DNA of 64,000 bases. Source: a bacterium. GTDB taxonomy: Bacteria > Patescibacteriota > Microgenomatia > UBA1400 > UBA12108. The notes below the pieces were generated by a model. That model was given only the letters and a program-made list of their open reading frames with translations, did not search any database and was not told the DNA's origin. Position numbers and translations under genes: made by a program. Location: the NCBI GenBank assembly GCA_021788365.1, contig JAJYKS010000001.1, forward strand, positions 137,962 to 201,961, in the 5' to 3' direction. This document shows, piece by piece, positions 57,734 through 64,000 of the stretch; the first letter of the stretch is position 1; each line of letters begins with the position of its first letter.

Positions 57734-58356
57734 AAATTGCCTAGGTGAGCATTATCGTTCCAGGTTTGGAGGTGCCACTTGTTCTCGACTCTCTCTAGAA
57801 GAGTGATTCCAGTATTGGCGAGGTGCATGGTCCCTTCCATAGCCTTATATATTTCAGGGGTTAGGAGGTCTTCAAATATCACATTCCCCAGGATCGCGCC
57901 GATGAATATTCCGTGGGATACAGCGAGAATGTTTTCCTCGCTACGAATACTTATATACTCTAAAAACTTCTTGGCTCGACTAATAAGTTCGTGGATATTT
58001 TCTTCGTCAGAATGGTGCCAAAGCGAATCATGGAGATTGGCTCTAATTTGTGCCCTTATCTCAACTGCGACTGGATCCATTGTGGGCTTGCCTTCGAGCG
58101 TACTAGGTCGTTTGATTTCACGAAGTAATTCGTTGATTTCTAGCTTTACACCCACGTGATTGGCGACAATTTCGGCGGTACTTTGGGCTCGTTTGAAATG
58201 ACTCGTGAGGATGAGGTCGAGCGGAATCGATTTAAAGCGCTTGGCAAGCTCATTGGCTTGGGACATACCTAGCTCAGATAGCGGAGTGTCGGCATGTTGG
58301 TGGATTTTATTCACGTTGCCAACACTTTGACCATGACGTACAAGATACAACTTCAT
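57730..58356 (-). CDS. Histidine phosphatase (phosphoglycerate mutase family)
   Basis: LVRHGQSVGN catalytic RHG motif. Confidence 0.75.
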   Translation of the reverse strand: MKLYLVRHGQSVGNVNKIHQHADTPLSELGMSQANELAKRFKSIPLDLILTSHFKRAQSTAEIVANHVGVKLEINELLREIKRPSTLEGKPTMDPVAVEIRAQIRANLHDSLWHHSDEENIHELISRAKKFLEYISIRSEENILAVSHGIFIGAILGNVIFEDLLTPEIYKAMEGTMHLANTGITLLERVENKWHLQTWNDNAHLGNL

Positions 58357-58396
58357 CCCTATAGTTTATCACCTCGAAGGAAAGTATAATCAAATC

Positions 58397-58927
58397 ATGA
58401 AAATGGTATTTCTGTATGGACCTCCTGCGGTTGGCAAACTAACAGTTGCTAAAGAACTAGCAAAGCTTACTGGCTATAAGTTATTTCACAATCATTTGAC
58501 TGTCGACCTTGTGTCATCTCTCTATGAGTGGGGATCACTTAAATACTGGGAGTACCTGAGAGCTATCCGTGAGGAGCTGTTGGAAAATTTGGCTAAGGAT
58601 AACGTCGATGTTATTTTTACTTTTGTTTATGCAGCTGGTGAAGATGAACAGGTAATGGAGAGAATGTTTAAAAGGATTGAAGAAAATGGCGGTGAAGTAT
58701 TGCTCGTACAACTAACAACTAGCGTTAAAAAATTGAAAGAGCGCATTGTGACTGATGTTCGCAAACAATTTAAAAAGATGTCAAAAACAGAAGCCTTAGA
58801 TAAATGGTTAAAGCAATATAAATTATTTGAAGCGTACCCGAATCGCAAAAATATTATTATTGATAACTCAGACTTATCTCCCAGAGAAACAGCCAAGCTG
58901 ATTGTGGAGAAATACTACTTGAAATAA
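58397..58927 (+). CDS. P-loop NTPase / small kinase-like protein
   Basis: Walker A GPPAVGKLT near N-terminus; 176 aa. Confidence 0.5.
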   Translation: MKMVFLYGPPAVGKLTVAKELAKLTGYKLFHNHLTVDLVSSLYEWGSLKYWEYLRAIREELLENLAKDNVDVIFTFVYAAGEDEQVMERMFKRIEENGGEVLLVQLTTSVKKLKERIVTDVRKQFKKMSKTEALDKWLKQYKLFEAYPNRKNIIIDNSDLSPRETAKLIVEKYYLK

Positions 58928-59652
58928 TCGTGTAGTATTTTAATTTCTTCCTGATAGACTTGTTGGGCTAGGTCGTAGTCCCACGGACTATGATCCTGAC
59001 CTTTTAGAATCATTACGGGCTGAGATTTTCCCTCAACGATATTAATGGTTTTGTTTTTGAGATCATGATCGACATATTTGTCGGTTTCACCATAGACTAA
59101 GTGGATTGCTCCGCTATATGAGTTTAGGCATTCGAAAAAGTTGGCGTCTTTAGCTTCTTGCCAGAATCTGCCATCGTATTTCTGACCTCCTTCTTCGTAA
59201 ACTTTACCTATCATTTCCTCAATATTGCTCTTGGGGTCAGGAACCCAAAGAAGTATGCAGGGTATTTTCCCGGCGATTGCTGGGTTGTGCGTCGCTACTA
59301 CCGTGGCACTAGCTCCCATACTTTGGCCAAGTAAAGCTACTTGATAGCTGAGCTCTAGATATTTTTTCGAAAAATAAACAATAGTTGCCACCCACTCCTT
59401 GAACGAAGAATTGAGGAAATCCCCTTCAGAATTACCGCAGTTGGGCTGATCAAAACGAAGGACAGAGTAGCCTTCTTTTAATAGAAGTTGTGCAAAATCA
59501 ACAAATTGCCTGGCAGGGCCAATCGAGGAGCCGCGAAAGCCGTGGGACATGATTATAATTTTTCTAGTAGGCTCGTCTGGTTCGGAAAAAATACAGAAGA
59601 TTTTCTTCCCGTTTATTTCTTCAAAGTAAACTTTATTGTTGACCATACTCAT
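58915..59652 (-). CDS. Alpha/beta hydrolase
   Basis: GQSMG (GxSxG) nucleophile elbow; HGFRGSS oxyanion region. Confidence 0.65.
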   Translation of the reverse strand: MSMVNNKVYFEEINGKKIFCIFSEPDEPTRKIIIMSHGFRGSSIGPARQFVDFAQLLLKEGYSVLRFDQPNCGNSEGDFLNSSFKEWVATIVYFSKKYLELSYQVALLGQSMGASATVVATHNPAIAGKIPCILLWVPDPKSNIEEMIGKVYEEGGQKYDGRFWQEAKDANFFECLNSYSGAIHLVYGETDKYVDHDLKNKTINIVEGKSQPVMILKGQDHSPWDYDLAQQVYQEEIKILHDYFK

Positions 59653-59831
59653 AGTATAGCGTATTTACTCGAGTATGTTCGAGTCCGAACCGACTAGTTG
59701 AATAACATGATGGCTACCCAGCTCGAGTTATGAGGATTTTGGACGGTAGGGAGAGTTTGGGGGGTTTATCTCGATTTTTAGCGGATAGATAGGTGTTAAT
59801 GATGGGTTACGGTCTCTCGAGGTGTTCGTGT

Positions 59832-59905
59832 TGGTTGCGGGACAGGGATTCGAACCCCGATACTGGCGTTCAGAGCGCCGAGTCCTACCTTTAGACGATC
59901 CCGCA
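59832..59905 (-). tRNA. tRNA-Gln (anticodon CUG), CCA encoded
   Basis: Folded by hand: acceptor UGCGGGA/UCCCGCA with U1-A72 (a bacterial tRNA-Gln hallmark); D stem GUCU/GGAC, D-loop with GG; anticodon loop CUCUGAA (U33, CUG, A37); T stem CGGGG/CCCUG, loop UUCGAAU; discriminator A plus CCA. Confidence 0.75.
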
Positions 59906-59935
59906 AAGGTAACCGTATTTTACCACCTCGAGGAC

Positions 59936-61057
59936 TTATTTCCCGATGAGCCTAGTTGCCGATGTGAGGAGTGCGCCGAGGCCGACCAGGACCGCCAGAA
60001 CATTGACCAGCCCACCCCCGACGGGGACCATGCGGATCACTGTAAAAAGTGTAAAACCAATTGCAAACACGAGGTAGGCAGATTGCTTCTTCCAGCCCAA
60101 TTTCTCCACCGCCCAAAAACCCAAGGCGTACCCGACGACCAACTTGGCAAGGTAGAAACAAGTGAGGAAGAGTGCAACTGATAGTAGTGCAAGTGGGGCG
60201 GCGAGCACCGTGAACAGTAAAATAAAGAATCCCGGAACAATGACGAGACAGGCGAGGAATCCGATGCCGAGGTTCCGCAGGATGTTGTGACGCGTGGCGT
60301 CGGCAACGACACGGCTTGGTTTTGGAAATAACTTGAGCATGAGCAGCCCCATGAGTAGTGCGGAGAGGTAGCCAATGAGCGCGAGAGTATGACCAACCGT
60401 ATCTTTGTATTTGACGAGTTCTGTAGCAATAGCCTTGCCTTTATCTGCTGCTTCGGCTGGGCGTTCCATTTTCGTAACCGTACCTGCAATCGTGGCTGTC
60501 GGTGACTCGGTGATACTAGCGTCGTTCCCCATTACATATGTGAGATCCCCTGCAACTACCGTGGCGGGACCTAGCGCTATCTTGCCACCTGCGAGTCGCG
60601 CTTCTTTTCCTACGCGGCCGTTTATGGTGAGGTTGCCCGCGCCGACAAAAAGATTCCTGCCAACTGTTGCTTCGTCATCGAACGTTCCCGCGCCTGCAAG
60701 GAGTGATCCCCCAATTGTTGTGTTTTTGTCGATTGTTACTTGGCCGGCGCCCAGGTGCACGCTACCCGCAAGGTGCGCCCCTGTAATATTCACGCTACCC
60801 GCACCCACAAATACATCGCCTTTTACCGTGCCGGTTACTGAGACAGAACCTGCCCCTACGTAGAGATTGCCCAGTACCGTACCGGCAATATCAGCCGTAT
60901 CGGCGCCAACAAAAAGATCGTCATTCACTACTTCACCTGCGCCAAGCGTATAGGGACTGTTCTTTTCTATTGCCACTTTTGCTTCCGCTTTTGTGGCTGA
61001 GATGAAAGGAAGAATTAACAGAAATATCAGAGATAGCAACCATTTTTTCATATGCAC
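59936..61057 (-). CDS. Signal-peptide protein with bactofilin-like beta-helical repeats and C-terminal multi-TM domain
   Basis: Repeats of GDVFVGAGSVNITG / GSVHLGAGQVTID type; C-terminal 4 hydrophobic helices. GC-rich backbone gene. Confidence 0.45.
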   Translation of the reverse strand: MHMKKWLLSLIFLLILPFISATKAEAKVAIEKNSPYTLGAGEVVNDDLFVGADTADIAGTVLGNLYVGAGSVSVTGTVKGDVFVGAGSVNITGAHLAGSVHLGAGQVTIDKNTTIGGSLLAGAGTFDDEATVGRNLFVGAGNLTINGRVGKEARLAGGKIALGPATVVAGDLTYVMGNDASITESPTATIAGTVTKMERPAEAADKGKAIATELVKYKDTVGHTLALIGYLSALLMGLLMLKLFPKPSRVVADATRHNILRNLGIGFLACLVIVPGFFILLFTVLAAPLALLSVALFLTCFYLAKLVVGYALGFWAVEKLGWKKQSAYLVFAIGFTLFTVIRMVPVGGGLVNVLAVLVGLGALLTSATRLIGK

Positions 61058-61083
61058 CCCTCCTTTTATAGTATCATGACACT

Positions 61084-61716
61084 ATGACTATTCAAGATGC
61101 GTACTCGCGATATGAGATCATGCCGCAGTTGTCCCTCCATATGCGGCGGGTCGCGGGAGTGGGAAAGCTGATCCTCGACGGGTGGCGGGAGCCTATCGGG
61201 CATGACACGGTCATGCGCACCCTACTCCTACACGACATGGGAAATATCGTAAAATTTGACCTCACCGAGGCGGGACAACGGAAGCTGAAAAGTGCAGAGC
61301 CAGAAGACCTACCCCGTTGGCGCGACATCCAAGCAAAATACTGGAAAGCGTACGGCAAAAGCGCGTACGAGGCAACACTCGCAATCGTCAAAGAATTACA
61401 CCAGGAAGACCTCGTGGAAATATATCAGGCGGATCATGAGGGTTATGCAAAGAGCTACCCCGCACTACTCCTCGACCAGTCACCCACGGTACAGATACTC
61501 GCATACTGCGATGTGCGGGTGGTGCCATCTGGCGTAGTACCCATGAAGGAGCGAATCGCGGATCTGCAGCGACGCTACGGTAGAGACCTCTCTTGGTACG
61601 ACTTTCTCTATCAGCTGGAGGAAAGTGTTGGAGCGATGACAACAACGCCTCTATCCTCCATAACCGAGCAATCGGTTGCGCCGTTTCTCCCCAGTTTGTT
61701 GCAATATCCGCTTTAG
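61084..61716 (+). CDS. HD-domain-like hypothetical protein
   Basis: LLLHDMGN (H..HD.G-like) motif; otherwise unrecognised. Confidence 0.4.
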   Translation: MTIQDAYSRYEIMPQLSLHMRRVAGVGKLILDGWREPIGHDTVMRTLLLHDMGNIVKFDLTEAGQRKLKSAEPEDLPRWRDIQAKYWKAYGKSAYEATLAIVKELHQEDLVEIYQADHEGYAKSYPALLLDQSPTVQILAYCDVRVVPSGVVPMKERIADLQRRYGRDLSWYDFLYQLEESVGAMTTTPLSSITEQSVAPFLPSLLQYPL

Positions 61717-61932
61717 GGCGATACAATGGCGAAAAGGCGATGAAGGGGTTTCCCGCCCTGGAGCCCGGTGTGATGAATACCGCGTAGCTGCACGAGACGC
61801 AGAGAAGTAAGTGAATTGACGAGGTGGTATCGTCTGTGAAGACCCTCGCATGGACCCAAGTTTTTGGGTATGTGCGAGGGTTTTTTTCGTCCAAAGGACG
61901 ATCAGCCTTTGGCTGAGTATAAAGGAGCATAT

Positions 61933-62271
61933 ATGACCATATCTTATGATGACTTTTCCAACGTCGACATTCGCGTGGGGAAAATTGTGGCGATAGACGA
62001 TTTTCCCGAAGCGCGGAAGCCTGCCTACAAACTAACCATCGACTTTGGACCGACAATCGGCACAAAGCGATCGAGTGCTCAGGTGAAGAAATACTATACA
62101 AAAGAAACGCTCCTCAATAAACTCGTGCTCGGCGTCGTGAACTTCCCGCCTAAGCAGATCGGTCCGTTTGTCTCGGAAAGTCTCACCCTCGGCGTGCCCG
62201 ACGAGGAGGGGCAGTGCGTGCTTGTCACCCCCGACAATGAACAGGCAGTTATTGGCGGAAAATTATTCTAG
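61933..62271 (+). CDS. tRNA-binding domain protein (CsaA/EMAP-like OB fold)
   Basis: VDIRVGKIVAI...DFG...A.V motif pattern typical of tRNA_bind domain; AAAGGAG RBS before ATG 61933. Confidence 0.6.
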   Translation: MTISYDDFSNVDIRVGKIVAIDDFPEARKPAYKLTIDFGPTIGTKRSSAQVKKYYTKETLLNKLVLGVVNFPPKQIGPFVSESLTLGVPDEEGQCVLVTPDNEQAVIGGKLF

Positions 62272-62281
62272 GATCGAAGAT

Positions 62282-63157
62282 ATGCAACAAAATAAAACAA
62301 AAGCCGTGGGTTTTGCACTTGCTTGTATAGTGTTATGGGCGTTTATACCTGTAGTTTCGAAAACAGGCCAACAAAGTTTGGATAACTACCAATTTCTTTT
62401 TTGGTCTAGCTTACTATCTTTTTTAGTTTTACTCGGTATTACCCTCATTAGTAAAAAAGGCCATTGGTTTACCAAATATAACTTTGGACAGATAGCAAAG
62501 AATCTCGGACTTGGATTTTTGGGTGCTTATTTGTATTATTTGCTTTTGTATTTTGCATATGCACATGCGCGTGGATTGGAAGTACTTGTCTTACAGTATA
62601 CCTGGCCTCTGTTCATTGTTTTGCTTTCAATCCCCGTCCTTAGAGAAAAGCTAACTAAAATGACGATTTTATCGTCACTGCTTGGTTTTACTGGAGTACT
62701 TATTGTCCTAACAAAAGGTAATTTCACTCATGTTTACTTGGGCAATTTAACTACTGACGGACTTGTGCTCCTTGGATCTTTGTCGTTTGGATTATTCTCA
62801 GTTTTAACGAAGAAAGTAAAACTTGAATATTACACTGACACCACACTTTTCTTTGCTTCAGCAACATTGTTTTCCTTAATATCAATGCTCATATTTTCTA
62901 GATTTTCCTGGCCTAGCTATAGCACTCTCCTACCATTATTTGTGAATGGAGCTTTTATAAATGGTTTGTCTTATGTGTTTTGGCTGAAGGCACTTCGTTA
63001 TGCAAAAGCTAGTTTTGTTGCTCCTCTAGTCTTTATAACTCCAGTCTTGGCGGCAGTTTTGATTACTATATTTTTTCACGAAATTTTCCTGCCAATATAT
63101 GTGTTGGGTATTTGTCTCGTAATCTCTGCTGGATTGCTTAGTCAAAAAAATACATAA
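62282..63157 (+). CDS. EamA/DMT-family transporter
   Basis: 10 TM helices in two EamA repeats; start set at ATG 62282 (MQQNKTKAVGFALACIVLWAF). Confidence 0.65.
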   Translation: MQQNKTKAVGFALACIVLWAFIPVVSKTGQQSLDNYQFLFWSSLLSFLVLLGITLISKKGHWFTKYNFGQIAKNLGLGFLGAYLYYLLLYFAYAHARGLEVLVLQYTWPLFIVLLSIPVLREKLTKMTILSSLLGFTGVLIVLTKGNFTHVYLGNLTTDGLVLLGSLSFGLFSVLTKKVKLEYYTDTTLFFASATLFSLISMLIFSRFSWPSYSTLLPLFVNGAFINGLSYVFWLKALRYAKASFVAPLVFITPVLAAVLITIFFHEIFLPIYVLGICLVISAGLLSQKNT

Positions 63158-63175
63158 TAACAGGAGGAGGGTCAT

Positions 63176-64000
63176 ATGAAATACTCACAACTTTTTGCAA
63201 AAACACTAAAGACAGCACCCGCTGCCGCAGATACCGTAAATCATAAACTTTTGGTGCAGGCGGGGTACGTACGGCAAGTCATGGCGGGGGTATACGACTA
63301 TCTCCCTCTGGGCCTCCGCGTGCTTAACAATATCTCTAAAATCGTCCGCGAGGAAATGAACGGGATCGGCGGGCAAGAAGTACTCATGCCCGTTTTGCAC
63401 CCCTCTGCTATATGGAAGCAAACCGGTGGGTGGGACAAGATAGACGTGCTCTTTAAGGTGAAGAGCCGCACGGGGAAAGATTACGCCCTTGCTCAAAGCA
63501 ACGAGGAAACGGTCACCCCGCTCGCAAAAGAATGGATCCACAGCGCCAAGGATCTGCCTCTTGCCATTTATCACGTCAATTGGAAGTTCCGCGACGAGCT
63601 CCGGTCCAAATCGGGAATCCTTCGTGGGCGTGAGTTCCTTATGAAAGACCTTTATAGCTGGCATGCGACGCAAGCTGATTTTGATGCCTTCTACCAAACG
63701 GCGAAAGAAGCATACAAGCGGGTATTCTCACGGCTTGGGCTCACCGCAAAAGTGACGGAAGCTTCGGGCGGCGCGTTTACCGAAAAGCTCAGCTACGAGT
63801 TCGAGGTACTTACTGATGCGGGCGAGGCACGAATACTCTACTGCGAGTCATGCGACTACTGCGTAAACGTAGACGATATCGCGACGTATAAGGAGGGAGA
63901 CACCTGCCCCCGCTGCAAGGGCGACACGCTCAAGCCTGCAAAAGCTGCGGAAGTGGGGAATGTATTCGACCTCGGCACCAAATATACGAAAGCGTTTGAT
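63176..64000 (+). CDS. proS: Prolyl-tRNA synthetase (N-terminal part; continues beyond window)
   Basis: AGGAGGAGG RBS. MKYSQLFAKTLKTAPAAADTVNHKLLVQAGYVRQVMAGVYDYLPLGLRVL matches the conserved ProRS N-terminus. Class II motif region FRDELRSKSGILRGREF. Zn-ribbon CESCDYC...CPRC. Confidence 0.85.
   Translation, partial: MKYSQLFAKTLKTAPAAADTVNHKLLVQAGYVRQVMAGVYDYLPLGLRVLNNISKIVREEMNGIGGQEVLMPVLHPSAIWKQTGGWDKIDVLFKVKSRTGKDYALAQSNEETVTPLAKEWIHSAKDLPLAIYHVNWKFRDELRSKSGILRGREFLMKDLYSWHATQADFDAFYQTAKEAYKRVFSRLGLTAKVTEASGGAFTEKLSYEFEVLTDAGEARILYCESCDYCVNVDDIATYKEGDTCPRCKGDTLKPAKAAEVGNVFDLGTKYTKAFD

Larger units (their letters stand above)
29081..59702. mobile_element. AT-rich integrated genomic island (about 30 kb) with phage-like module, serine recombinase, biosynthetic cargo and helicase-nuclease operon, adjacent to tRNA-Gln
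   Basis: Abrupt GC drop from about 57% to about 35% between about 29.1 and 59.7 kb. Carries large serine recombinase, terminase small and large, ParB-methylase and XRE repressor. Right end 130 bp from tRNA-Gln. Imperfect direct repeats GTTCGAaTCC...ACTAGTT (29081-29113) and GTTCGAgTCC...ACTAGTT (59677-59702) at the two ends. Confidence 0.5.

Noticed and set aside
59661-59935. Four CTCGAG hexamers clustered around the tRNA-Gln region
   Set aside because: Short palindromic hexamers recur by chance in a few hundred bp and no regular spacing was seen. This is not a CRISPR or other array.
63206-63697. 163 aa minus-strand ORF at the right edge
   Set aside because: The plus strand here encodes a clearly recognisable prolyl-tRNA synthetase N-terminus with an AGGAGG RBS, so the minus ORF is antisense.
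1-64000. CRISPR arrays, rRNA genes and tmRNA
   Set aside because: No regularly spaced direct repeats and no rRNA-like conserved stretches were seen. The only structured RNA identified is tRNA-Gln, plus a tRNA-like remnant.

Overview
This window is a GC-rich (about 55-60%) bacterial chromosome segment with housekeeping and envelope genes, interrupted by a roughly 30 kb AT-rich (about 35% GC) accessory island. The backbone genes use GGAGG-type ribosome-binding sites.

Backbone content, in order:
- a tandem pair of S51 peptidases followed by an MFS transporter
- NUDIX hydrolase, MscL and an EEP-family protein
- an RRM RNA-binding protein
- two OmpR-type two-component systems
- a MacAB-like adaptor/ATPase/permease efflux set and an ABC-2 exporter
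- an FMN-binding / ApbE / membrane-flavoprotein module
- GH18, alpha/beta hydrolase, MFS, ZIP, FGE-sulfatase-domain, secreted HNH and class I glutamine amidotransferase genes
- prolyl-tRNA synthetase (proS) at the right edge

The accessory island runs from about 29.1 to 59.8 kb, with an AT-rich fringe from 26.6 kb. It ends at an intact tRNA-Gln(CUG) and carries three things of note:
1. A 14 kb biosynthetic cluster with the full preQ0 (7-cyano-7-deazaguanine) set FolE, QueD, QueE and QueC. These sit among three glycosyltransferases, a DegT-type aminotransferase, a PIG-L deacetylase, a Gfo/Idh/MocA oxidoreductase, a DHQS-like enzyme, a nucleotidyltransferase, two more radical SAM enzymes (SPASM and B12-binding) and an MFS exporter. 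No QueF or TGT/DpdA was found. This looks like a candidate glycosylated 7-deazapurine product or modification system.
2. A three-gene operon that may be an anti-phage defence module: a 1529 aa Upf1/DNA2-like SF1 helicase with a C-terminal DUF559-like nuclease fold, a 500 aa RecB/Cas4-like PD-(D/E)xK nuclease, and a 211 aa protein.
3. A phage-like module: XRE repressor, ParB-DNA-methyltransferase fusion, small and large terminase, and a large serine recombinase. No capsid or tail genes are present.

Small hydrolase and kinase cargo genes follow before the tRNA. No CRISPR array or rRNA gene was seen. All functional calls come from reading motifs in the supplied translations; no database search was possible.
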